64,000 nt of DNA, taken from positions 11,284,001 to 11,348,000 of the forward strand of contig JBHGNT010000016.1 of the NCBI GenBank assembly GCA_043228905.1. Direction: 5' to 3'. A program made the position numbers and the translations under genes. Origin of the DNA: Azolla caroliniana. Taxonomy: Eukaryota; Plantae; Polypodiophyta. Under the pieces are notes generated by a model, which had not been told where the DNA came from, made no database searches, and worked only from the letters and a program-made list of their open reading frames with translations. Shown here in pieces: positions 41,023-53,370 of the stretch. How positions within the stretch are numbered: the first letter of the stretch is position 1; each line of letters opens with the position of its first letter.

Positions 41023-44000
41023 TTAAAGACGACGAGTGGAACGCATCGGCGCTGATTGCGGACCGGGTTTGTCCGGATACTTTCGGTGGAAATTAGCTAG
41101 CAGATCCTGAGCATTGGCAACATGCTCGACGGGTTCCCAATTGCGTTCGCTCGGACTATAACCAACCCAATCAACCAAATAATAAAGTTTGTTGCGAATA
41201 AGTTTGGAATCGAGGATGGCAGCGACTTCATACTCCAGGCCGACATCCAATTCCACCGGGGGCGGCGGTGGTGTAACACGATCGGGAATGGTGTTTGCTT
41301 TATAAGGTTCAAGAAGAGAACAATGGAAAACCGTATGTATCTGAAGCTGCGGAGGGAGACCAAGGCGGAATGTGACATCATTAACTTTACCCGTAATACG
41401 GAAAGGACCGAGTCATCGATAATCCAGCTTGTCGCACGGTCGAGTAGTCTTGATGTGACGACGTAAGAGCCATACTCGATCTCCGATGGCAAAAGAGGAG
41501 GGAAGCCGATGACGATCCGGGTAAGTCTTCTGTGTCTGTTGAGCATGACGAAGATGAGTCGAGAGATCTGTCTGGATCTTGCATAGTCTCTCCAAATGAT
41601 CCCCGGCACGAGGATTGGTAGGTAGCTCCAAGGTGTCGATCACCGACCAGCGAGGATGAGAACCGGTATAAGCGAAAAATGGGGAAGACCTGAGTCGAGG
41701 AGTGAATAACATTATTATACGCAAACTCCGCAAAGTGGAGAATCTCGGCCCAATCGTCCTGTTGATAACTCAGGAAACACTGGAGATATTGCTCCAGCGT
41801 TTGGTTTGTTCCACCTGCCCGTCGGTCTGAGGATGGTAGCCGGAGGAGAGGTTGCAAAAGACCTTGAGCATCTTGAAGAGATGTTGCCAAAATTTGGAGA
41901 CAAATTGCGGTCCTCGGTCACTGATCATACTGTTTGGGAGGCCATGATGCCGAAATACCTCACGCATGACTAGGGCGGCGGCTTCCTCGCTAGTGATGGC
42001 CCTAGTACATGGAACAAAATGTGCCATCTTCGTATATCGATCGACGACAGTTAAGATAGCATCGAACCCCTGCGAGACCGGCAGATCTGTGATAAAATCA
42101 AGACAAATAGACTGCCACGGCTTACATGGAATTGGTAAGGGTTCCAACAAGCCATATGGATGGTGTCGTGGCATCTTTGCTCGGCAGCAAGCATCACAAG
42201 TCCGAACGTAGTCGTCGACAAAATGGCGCATGTGGGGCCACCATAAAGATCGTTGCACTAGCTCCAACGTCTTAGTACTACCGAAATGTCCCGCCGTATG
42301 GGTGTCATGACAATGCTGGACGATTTGAAGGCGACAAGAGCAATCGGGGACATATACGCGCTTTTTAAAGAATAACAAACCATCATGATATTCGAATTGT
42401 CGGTAGTCAATACCTGGTTGTTGAGACTGAGTACAGGATGCCCAAGAAGTATCAATGTGTGCCAGGATGTCTTGAGCAAAACTATCCGTCTTCAAGTTTG
42501 CACGTATGTCATCGGTAATCCGTGAATCCATCCGGGTGTGAAAAATCCGCGTTGTGTGCAATCGTGTTGGTCCCAAGATTACTTGCTTTTGATTATCAAA
42601 TGTTGGATCACCAGGACGAGGTGCAAGATATGAATGCCGTGATAGTGCATCTGCTTTTCCTTGCTGCTTCCCTGGTCGATATGTGATTTTGAAGTCGAAA
42701 CGCGTGAGGAATTGCGCCCACCGAGCTTGCCGTCGATTTAGTACGCGAGCGTTCTGGAAATAAGCAAGATTTTTATGATCACTAAAGACAACGACCTGAT
42801 GTGGAGAGCCCTCTAAGAAATGCCGCCATTGCACAAATGAATCCACGATGGCTAATAACTCCTTGTCATGTATTTCATAGTTGATTTCGGCAACATCGAA
42901 TTTGCGCAAATGGAAAGCCACCGGATGCAACTCTTCTTTATCTCCTTGTTGAGAAAGGATGCTACCGAGTGCGAAATCTGAAGCATCGGCCTCCATGATG
43001 AATGGTTTGCTAGTATCTACATGAGCTGGAATTAGTGCTGATGTAAAGGCTTTCTTAAGATGCCGAAAAGCCATATCTGCTTCAATGGACCAAAGAAATG
43101 CTTGGCCCTTCTTCGTAAGTTGTGCGAGGGGTAAGATAATCTTTGAGTAATCCTGTGTAAACTTACGGTAGAAGTTAGCAAAACCTAGAAAACATTCTAC
43201 ATCTCGTACCGACCGTGGAATTTCCACTCTAGTACAGTTTGGACTTTAGCTGGATCCATCGCGATGCCCTTTGAGGAGATGACGTAGCCTAGAAATTCCA
43301 CTTGCTTGCAGTCAAAGCTACATTTTTCTAGCTTGGCATAAAGAACATTCTCGCGGAGTCGCTTTAGTACTAATAGTACATGAGAATCGTGCTCTTGCTG
43401 GGTCTTCGAATAAATCAATAGATCATCAAGATAGATGATCAAACAGATATCCAAGAGGTCTCTGAATATATCATTTGCCATGTATTGGAAGACTGCGGGT
43501 GCATTGGTTAGGCCGAACGGCATAACAGTATACTCGAAATGCCCATACCGCGTGCGAAAGGCGGTATTCCATTCATCTCCCGGTCGGATCCGCACGAGGT
43601 TATACGCTCCTCGTAGATCGATTTCGGTAAAAAACTTGGCACCATTAACTCGCTCTAAAAGACTTGATATAAGAGGAAGTGCATACCTATTCCGGATTGT
43701 GACCTTATTCAATCTGCAGTAATCAACGACGAGACGAAGTGAGCCATCTTTCTTCTTGGCAAAGAAGATGGGTGCACCGGCCGGAGATTTCGAATGACGG
43801 ATGAACCCACTTGCCAAGTTCTCCTCTATGTAGGCTCGAAGTACTTCTAACTCGGTGGGTGACAAGTTGTAAATTGGTCCCCATGGTGGCTCGGTTCCTG
43901 GTTGTAAATCGATGGGACAGTCATAGGGACGGTGATGAGGAAGGGTACCGGCTTTTACCTTGTCAAATACATCGGCATAAGGATGATATTTTGCCGGAAG

Positions 44001-44600
44001 TTGTACTCAGGAGTCCTTCTTAATAGTGCTGGAAGGATGTACTGATATTGCAAATAGGAACATTGTCTCATTGTGTCCTTCTTCGCGTAATTGATGGAGT
44101 GAAATGGTCGACACTCGGTGAGTAGATTCTTGGGGTGGTCGATATCAGACTTCTCTTGTTCTCCAATCTATGGCTGGATTATGTAATTCAAACCAAGGTA
44201 ATCCTAGGACAATGGGATGCTCTAGACTACTAATTATATTAAATGATATTGCACACACAAAACTACCTAGGACAACTTGAATGGGTTCTGATTATTCTAC
44301 AATATTCCTGGAAGCAATGGGACGACCATCAATGACTACTACAGATGCGGGACAAGGAAGTTTTCTTAGGGATATCTGAGAAGCTTGGGAAAAATTTCGA
44401 TCCATGAAACAGGAATTAACTCCGGAATCTAAGAGTGCTAGAACGCGTACTACGGGAGTACTTTTAGTACTAACAATGACTTGGGCTAGGAACACATTGC
44501 TAACTTGCTTGGAAGGAATGGAACCACTAATGGGCTGTACAGATCTAGGGCTGCTGTCCAACCAAAGGGCTCTTATTTTGGCTGGACTCAGTCGTTTAAC
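41023..44600 (-). pseudogene. Chromovirus pol (PR-RT-RH-INT-chromodomain) with frameshifts and stops
   Basis: ALLDSG, YLDDLLI, ADASDFALG, ISDRGPQF, and the chromodomain YEVAAILD...YYLVDWVGYSPSERNWEP. Confidence 0.95.
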
Positions 44601-45745
44601 TCTTCATCTAATTGACTAAGGATTTCAAATTTGTTTGAGATACTTGGGCTATTACTACTATGAATACTATCTGACCCTCTATTAGTACTATTAATACTAT
44701 CAGACACTTCGAAGGGAAGAATTGACTCGGGTTTAGTACAAGCGACGATTTGATTTACCTGTCTTCTTGGCCTATGGGGACAATTGATGGCGATATGCCC
44801 TGGTCCACCGCAATAAAGACATAATCGATTGGTATGTCGTCGTTGCTTTTCTTCTTCCGATAACGGGCCGCGTTGACACATGGTGTCGATCTCCATCGGT
44901 GTCGGAATATTGGCTTGAGGTACATCGCGTGCAAATGGTTTAGCCGTGACTGAGGTGTATGTGGGTTTCGATCGAGAGCGTGGTATTTGTAACTGACACT
45001 CCGAACGCCGTTCGAAAAGGCGGTTGTCGCATCGGACCGCTCGACTGATTGCCTCCGTAAGAGACTTTGGTTCTTCGGGGAAGGTTAAAAGCAGATCTTT
45101 GACATCATTGCGCAAGCCGTAGCAAAACTGCTCCATGAGGGCCTGATCATCCCAGGGAATATCTGAGGCGAGTAGACGGAAATCCACCGCGTAGGCAGAG
45201 GCTGGATGATCGCCTTGACGCAATCTTCGGATCTTGTTGATCGTTGTCCTAATGTTGTCGGTATCTCCAAAGCAGTCTTTAAACTCACCAATAAAATTGT
45301 CAAAGTTATTAAGCAAGGGTGATTGTTTTTCTAGAAGCGGAGCGAACCATGCCAAGGCTGAGCCGCTAAGTAACGTGCCTATTAGGCCGACTCGAGATGC
45401 ATCAGTGGGATATCGGGAAGGATGCATCTGGATGACTAAGCGTACCTGATTAAGGAATCCCCGGAATTGCGATCGCGTTCCATCAAATTTCACAGGAAGT
45501 CCAATCATGGGCTCTTTATGAAATCCTTGGGGACTTGATCCTTGTTGTTGCAACGCTGCTTCGAGTTGTTGTACCCGTAAAGCTAACTCCCCATGTTGTT
45601 GTTGCGTTTGTTGTTTTTCGAGAGCGATTTGTTGCAGATCCCCTATCAACCGTTGGTTTTCCTGTTCTAGGGCAACAAACTTTTCTTTTAGGCACTATAA
45701 CTCGGAGAAAATGGATTGATATTCTTGGGCGCTAACAGTAGCCAT
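44588..45745 (-). pseudogene. Chromovirus gag with CCHC zinc knuckle
   Basis: Open frame 44588-45649 contains LRQG and CLYCGGPGHIAINC. The probable ATG is at 45745, with a lesion upstream of 45649. Confidence 0.85.
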
Positions 45746-46841
45746 AGTATAGGGAAAAGGGTAGGAGGATGAGGGAGAACGGCAAGTAGGCTGGAGGAAA
45801 GAAAAATTGGTTCAAACTATCAGGAATAGTACTAAAACAGAGATGGAATTAGTACTAAAGAAGAGCAGCACTATTAGTACTAAGAGGACGGGACTGCATA
45901 AGACTCCCGAGAGAGGAAGTGAGAAGAGGAGAGAGAGAGAGATAGCGAGAATGATGAGAGGGAGAAAGATGATGACAGCAGCTAAGAGGCTTAAGATTGG
46001 CGTTGAACCAATTTGGTTCAACATAATGCCTAGTGCCTTCTTTTATAGTGTTGTCAAGAGTAATCCTGAAACTTCTAGAATGTTCCAGAGAAATCTGGAA
46101 TATACATTACTTTCTTATAATAAAACATAAATGAAAATAATATCTTATGAATTACAATAGATGGTGTGATGGTTAAGAGCTCGACCCATATACCATAAGG
46201 TCATGGGTTTGAGTCTTGCCATATCATGACACTCTGAGCACGAACGCAGACGAAGCTTCCGTAGCAGCACAAAAACTCTGAGATCGACATTGCACCTTTA
46301 GAGATACAACACACGACCAGTTCGATCCTCGTCTAGGTATGTATCAGTTATATATTTTTATTTTTATTTTTTTTCCTTTATGATAACTGTTTGTAACTTT
46401 GGTGCCTGTTCATCTTTCTCAAAAATTGAATAGGGTGAAGTCGTTGGAGTCCCAAACAAGGATGTCTCGAAGATAGGGGTGTAGCAGCAGGTGTGTTTCT
46501 GATTGATAGAATTTTGTATTACGGTTGATTTTTGCCTTTAGTGATGATTAGGGTTTGTGTTTTCCTTAAGTGGTTTAGAGTTTTTTATTACAAATTTCAG
46601 ATTCCAAGTTTATGGTTACAAATTTCTGATTAATGTCGCAATGTATTGTAATTTTGTACCAATTCTCATGACAAATTCTAATTGGGGTTTCTGACTTTTT
46701 AAGTGGTTGATTTTTGATACATGTTGAAAAGGACAGATTACAAATTTCAGATTACTATCTCAAAGTGTTGTAATTTTGCACTAAATTCACATTAGAAATT
46801 ATATTTTTGCACCAATTCTGATTACTCATTTTCTATTTTAG

Positions 46842-47520
46842 GTGGCTCGTTCCTCCCTATCCTAGAGTGTTGAACTTCGCAAAATTTTGTGAGACAAAGG
46901 AGGACTTTCAAAACATATATGGTCTGTCACTCGAGGGTATTGACCTTGCTGTTCTAACAGATAGATTGATTAGTGATGTAGACTAGATGTTACTATATAA
47001 AGTGCCTAGAGTGAAAGGCAAGGTCAAGCTCAAGCATGTACAACCGAACCTGTACGACGACTACATGAGACTGCACTAGAAAGTACATCAAGAGATCTTG
47101 GTCAACAACGAGTTGTCCATTTCATTTGCTAGAGCTTTTGCATACGAGTATTGCAAAACAATGATGGAATATCATGACCCTAAAATGTACAGGGTAGCTT
47201 GGGCAATTTATGGTGAGGCATCGGTAGAAAGATGGTGGAAGATGGGGAGCTTGCAACAAAAAATGGCAAGACTTTGGAGCATGGTAATTGATGATGCAAC
47301 TGCCAACATCCAACAAACCTGCAAGTATACACACACCGACATACAATGAAAGCCAATGTCGATGATACAGGTGAGACATTGATTAGCTATATGCTAAAAA
47401 ATGTCCATGAAGCCTATGAAACATTGGAGTTTTTTAAGACTGATTTATAGAAAGCAACATTGGTTGCTGAGATGGAGAGCCAAGTCACTTTGGCAGTTAC
47501 AACAATCAAAATTAAGATTT
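46842..47520 (+). pseudogene. Decayed gene of unknown function, apparently homologous to the N-terminal domain of the transposon cargo gene
   Basis: Follows a TTTTAG acceptor and has in-frame stops. Motif VNNELSISFARAFAYE...VAW resembles CNNEVGTVFACAFACE...VDW at about 49180-49260. Confidence 0.45.
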
Positions 47521-48780
47521 AGGTAGGGTCGAAGCATGCTACGGTGTACCAACTTTTGGCCAAAAATTTAGTACTAAATCAAGGAAGAAAATAAACATTA
47601 AAAATTGAAAATAAAACAATTATCATCTATTGAATGGTGTTCAATTTGAAATAACAAATTCATTACGTCACAATCAAATGTACAAAGATATTATACGTCA
47701 CACTTGAAATGTCCCAAGGCCGTATTTAATACATTAATTGTAACTTCATTCTCCTAGGTAGAGTTGTACGAAAGCACACCTGGAGAAGGTTTCGAATGTG
47801 ATAGTTGGTCAATCTCAGTCTCTCTCTCTCGCTCTCTCTCTCTCTCTTCTGTCTCGAAGTTGTCAGACAGACAGTGGCAGAAAGTTAGAAAGACGACACA
47901 TATCTATTACCTATCTCTCTCTTTCTCTCTCTCACTCCACCTTCGAATCTCTGTTTCTTTCTTTCTTTCTGTTTCTCTCTCTCACTCCACCTTCAATTCT
48001 CTATTTCCCCGCGTAGTTGTTGTTGTGTTCCCCTTTGTGCCAAGTTTTATCTTTGTCTCTATATATGCAGAGATTTCTGTTTCCCCGGATTGATGTTGTT
48101 GTTGATTTTCTTTCCTTGTGTATGCTCGTTTGTATCCTCTGTTAATGCTCGTTTGTCTCCTCTGCAGCAACCTCATCAACAACCTCTTGCATATAGGTGA
48201 TTTTGAAGGCTTGGTGTGCTCCCAAGGTGTGGTACCTCTGCCTTGACCTTGGCTCCATTTGCCTTCGATCCATCAATCCATGTGCAGCTTGTACGACCTC
48301 CAAGTATTCTCTGTGCTGCATGCCCAACTGGTATGTTTTTGTTTTCTCTGTGTTTCCTGTCCATCTGTTTTTAATTTGTGTGTATGGGCATTTTTAGGTT
48401 TTGATTATTTATAGTCTGTGTTGCATGCCCAACTGGTATATTTTCATTTTCTCTGTGTTTCCTGTTTGTCTGTTTTTAATTTGTATGTGTTTGACATGGA
48501 TGAGTTTTCTTCCGACTGTTTAGGGCGGTTGTGTGTTTGACATAGTTTGTACATGCAACTTAGATGGAGTTGGCTATGATGAGTTGCTATGTTTTCGTTT
48601 TGTTGGTATGTTTTCGTTTTCTCTGTGTTTCCTGTCTGTCTGTTTTTAATTTGTATGTGTTAGACATGGATGAGTTTTCTTCCGAATATTTAGGGTTTTT
48701 GTGTGTTTGACATGGCTTGTACATGCAATGTGATGATTTGCTATGTGTTGATGGTAATTTGATGAGTTTTATTCTAGTAC

Positions 48781-51700
48781 ATGCATATTCATTCAACGAG
48801 AATAGTGATGACTAGGACTATGACAAGAATGACACCCATAAAGAAGACATTGATGAAAGAGAAAGTGAAGACACCAGTGAAGGAAGGAAAAAGGACACCT
48901 ATCAAAGAAAGCAAGAAGACACCCACAAGAGAAAGGGTGATGAATTCATCAACACAGAGAAAGAAGATGTACAACTCCATCATTCGAGACACACCTCTCG
49001 GATGGAGTTATTTCCTTCGAGCACGACCTGAAGTTTATCCTGAGCTGAGAGAGTGGTTGATAAAAACCTGGGGGTTAGTACATCCCGATACAAGGCGAGG
49101 ATTCCACATAAGTGGATTGAAGAGGGAATATGTGAACTTATTGAAGACGAGAATGAACATGTTTATGATACAAATCAAATCTGTAACAATGAGGTGGGTA
49201 CTGTTTTTGCATGTGCATTTGCATGTGAAGTTCAGGGTGGCATCGACGTAGATTGGGAAGATTTTAATCGGCACCAGTCAGAACATTATAAAGGGTCCTC
49301 CAGTACCAACACTAGCTTGAAGTCATCGGGAACCTCTCATGTGGATATTCCGGCTACAATACCTGTCCACCAAGTTCAATCTGCAAAGGTATGGGCCACA
49401 ATGTCTGAAAAGCATGAACAGATGATGGCCAGTTGCATAGCCTCTATGAGCTCAAGAATACAAGCACTACTTGCTGATTTGGAAGCAGTTAAATCAATTG
49501 AGATACAGGCAGAAAAGAAATTCTCTTCATTAAAGACTACATATGAATGGATTGCATCGACAATCCAAAATTCATAAAGTGAGGTGTTGAAAGAGAAGTT
49601 GAAGAAAGAGCTAAACAATATGGGCACTCAATTAGGTTCACAGATGAGAGATCTTGATACTTGCAGGAATGCACATTCCAAAATAGATAATAAGTTGTCA
49701 GCTTTAAAGTTGCATCCCGAGAACCTTGCGTGCTTGATGCAGGATTTAAAACAAAAAGGTTTTGAAACTTTGTGTCCATCTGTAATTGAGCACCGAAGTG
49801 GTATGGAAAGTACCATTACTAGTATAGCTATATCACGGTATTGGCTTTAAAAGTTATTTATTTCTACTTTTGTGGTATAAATATCATATTAGCTAATATA
49901 TTATAACTTTTGTTTGCAATCTGCCAGGTGTATATTTTGTGGCCTCAGATTCAAGCTGGAGGCTATGGATGTTGTGATTATACCGTGCTTGCACACATAT
50001 CATGTGCTATGTGCTAAGTATCATTTTGAGAAAGAGAATACATGTATGGACTGTAAAACTACAACTGCAGCTGAGTGGTACTATGCTTGGGGTTTAAAAG
50101 TACACCCGTACGGTATGTGGCTCTACTATTCTATTGTTTGTATTATATGATGTGGCTCTACTATTCTACATTTGGATTAGAACTAGTGTACGCCACAATT
50201 CATTCTTCAAATTTTGGAGAACAATGGTTTAGTATTAGTGTATCTCTAACAACTAATATGTGGAACCCTAATTATGTGGGTTAGTATTGGCAGTACTCTT
50301 AATATATAATTGGTATGTGTAGTTGAAGGGATATTTTCCAGAATTAGTACTAAAAGGGAACCAGTTACAACATCGTCCAATCTATATTGCAACTTGCTTA
50401 GTACTAGTTTAGTAGACACTATACTTGTAGTACACTGTTGACTGTTAGTATTGTTTGTGTAACTTGGGAATTAGTACTAGTATGTAATTTGGGAACAAGG
50501 TGTATAGTAAATTGCTGAATATTAGTACAGTTTGTGTAATTTGGAAATGAGGTGTGTCAAACACATATCATGTTCAGTACTAATACTGTTGGTGTAATTA
50601 GTACAAGTTATGTAATTAGGTGTGTAGAACACATATCATGTTTAGTATTACTTGTGTGCAAAATACCACGTTAGTACTAAAATCCAATCTACATTTGTTG
50701 GATTAGATGTTAGTCCAATCTATATTACAACGTGCCTAGTACTAGTGTTAGTACACACTATACTAGTAGTACATTGTTGACGATTAGTACTTAGCGAGTA
50801 GTACATTGTTCATGATTAGTACTAGTTCTGTAAATTGGGAACTAAGTGACTACTAGTACATTGCTCATGATTAGTACTAGTTTTGTAAATTGGGAACTAA
50901 GTGACTACTAGTACATTGCTCATGATTAGTACTAGTTTTGTAAATTGGGAACTAAGTGAGTAGTACATTGCTCATGATTAGTACTAGTTTTGTAAATTGG
51001 GAACTAAGTGAGTAGTACATTGCTCATGATTAATACTAGTTTTGTAAATTGGGAACTAAGTGAGTAGTACATTGCTCATGATTAGTACTAGTTTTGTAAT
51101 TTGGGAACTAAGTGAGTAGTACATTCTTCAGGATTAGTACTCCTTGTGTAATTTGGGAACTAAGTGAGTAGTGCATTGTGCATGATTAGTACTACTTGTG
51201 TAAATTGGGAACTAAGTGAGCAGTACATTGTTCATTATTAGTACTACTTGTGTAAATTGGGAACTAAGTGAGTAGTACATTGTTCATTATTAGTACTACT
51301 TCTGTTCCTTATTAGTACTAGTTCAGTAATTTGGCAACTAAGTGAGTGGTACATTGTTCACGATTAGTACTCCTTGTGTAATTTGACTAAGTTAGTAGTA
51401 CATTGTTCATGATTAGTACTACTTGTGTAAATTGGGAACTAAGTGAGTAGTACATTGTTCACGATTAGTACTAGTTGTGTAATATGGGAACTAGGTGTAG
51501 CTTAATGAATTAGTAATGCAGCTTTTGTGACCTACATTGTATATTTTATATCACGGTACTAACCTTGAAGGTTTTTTGGTTTCTTGCAATGAATGTTGTA
51601 GTGTCAAGCAACTCCACGCCAGGGAAGGTAATGGAACAACCGGCCCATGTGCCTAAACCCTCGGTATCTGCTAAACATTGCAAGGTTCAGGGACCATCAT

Positions 51701-53370
51701 TACCAATAACCTATGAGTTTTTATGATGAAGATGAATAGATGAGAAGAGTCATTGGAGTAGTGGAACATATGCTTCTACAAACAAATTCCCCAAGCTCCG
51801 GTCAACATCAAAACAATCCAGGTAACACAAATTTTGCCAACATATCTTAATTCTCATTTGAGAAAGTGTTGAATGCCCAATTTCTTTAGAACTAGAGCCA
51901 ACTAAGAAGAGGAATGCTGCAAGAATGTTGTATGGAAAGGGCAAGAAAGGCAATGTTGAATGCAATGGTGAGTCATATATGTTCTCACCTGTCCCGAGAG
52001 TTGTCAACCTAATGCATTGTCTAATACCATGTACTTGTGTTACTAGCTGATGACGAAATGATCTTTGGTGAGGGAGATATGAGTCCAAAACCTGATCGTG
52101 AAGACGAATTTATCACACTCCCAAGTACACGTCAAAAGCCGGGTTTTGAAAACAATGATTTAGATCATAACAACCCTATAATAGTGTTGCTTTTGAGTGC
52201 ATTCTATAGATCATAACAACCCTATTGAGCACTTAGATGTTGTGGAGAAGATGACCAAGCCTACCACTTGCAATGGGGTATCTACGGCTGTACAGTATGA
52301 CGATGTAACAATAGGTAAAAATGTGGCTCTTAACCTTATGTTCATTGTTGTTGGTATGTTTGCAAACTTTTGAGTATGTGAGTTGATACTAATATTCTTT
52401 GGAATCCCATTATTTAGGTTTACAAGAGCAGTCCGATTCCCAATTGCAATCAAATGAATCAGGAACTATATGGAGCACAAGTGCAGAGTCAGATTCTGGG
52501 ATTAACCTTTGCACGGAGGCAGACTCTGGAAGCACATCTTCCACACATGAGGACTGTGAGAAAAACGAAGCATTCATATTTGAAGAGCAGTTGGCATGTA
52601 CAAACAACAATGTGTCTAAAGAAGCCCATGAGGAGTGTGGAAAGAATATGGCAAGTACTGAAGAGAAGACTGATTGTACTAAGAATGTATCTGTAGTGTC
52701 TAAAGATTCCCATGAGAATGAGGAGTGTGGAAAGAACATCGCTAGTACTGAAGAGGAGCCTGATTGTACTGAGAATGTGCTAGTAGTGTCTAAAGAATCC
52801 CATGAGGATTGTGGAAAGAACATCGTTAATAATGAAGGGGAGCCTACTAGCATCACCCATGAGGACCAGGCAATAAAGACCACCCAAGAAGGGGAGCACG
52901 GTTCTCTTAAGAATGAGGTCACAACCACCGTACAAGAGGAGTTGACCCAAGAAGGAGAGCACAGTGGTCTTAAGAATGAGGTGACTATCACCAGCCAAGA
53001 GTTCGCCAGGAGTATTGTTGTAGCCCACATACAAGAGCCTAATTGTACTAAGACTGAGCATACTAGCAACAACATGAGTACTAAAACAACCCATGTTTAG
53101 GAGATGAGTGATAATTTTTCTAACGACAGTACCTTTGTGGATGTGTGTACAAGCATTGCAGTTGCAGAAAACACAGTTGCTCTCTCAAGCTTGCCACTAG
53201 TACAAGGTGCCCGTGCATCCATGCCTGTCTGTGATGCCTCTGATGATGAAGTGCCACTTAGTCAACTGATACCTAAAGGCTTTAAGATAAAGAAGAATGT
53301 AAAATCAGAAAAAACTAGCACCAACAACAAGTGCATTACAAGATCAGCCAAATTGCCCTCTAGTGTCTGA
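48781..53370 (+). pseudogene. Multi-exon accessory gene: TPxK repeats, unknown NNE..FA.AFA.E domain, coiled coil, RING-H2 finger, acidic repetitive tail
   Basis: Intron 49838-49927 joins ...AISR to CIFC-x15-CLHTYHVLC-x10-CMDC (C3H2C3). Frameshift near 49160, stops at 49575-49577 and 53098-53100. The link to downstream exons (52418-53370) is inferred from the donor at 50113. Confidence 0.65.
50765..51497. repeat. Tandem array, 52-55-bp unit, roughly 13 copies
   Basis: Unit AGTAGTACATTGCTCATGATTAGTACTAGTTTTGTAAATTGGGAACTAAGTG. Central copies are near-identical and edge copies diverged. Confidence 0.95.

Larger units (their letters stand above)
35177..46231 (-). mobile_element. Full-length Tcn1-like chromovirus (about 5.7 kb without the nested copia)
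   Basis: TSD CTCTG (35172-35176, 46232-46236). 5' LTR 45818-46231. 3' LTR 35177-35324 plus 40714-41011. PPT 41012-41025. Domain order gag-PR-RT-RH-INT-chromodomain. Confidence 0.96.

Noticed and set aside
50765-51497. CRISPR-like array
   Set aside because: Head-to-tail tandem units with no unique spacers, no cas genes, and a eukaryotic context.
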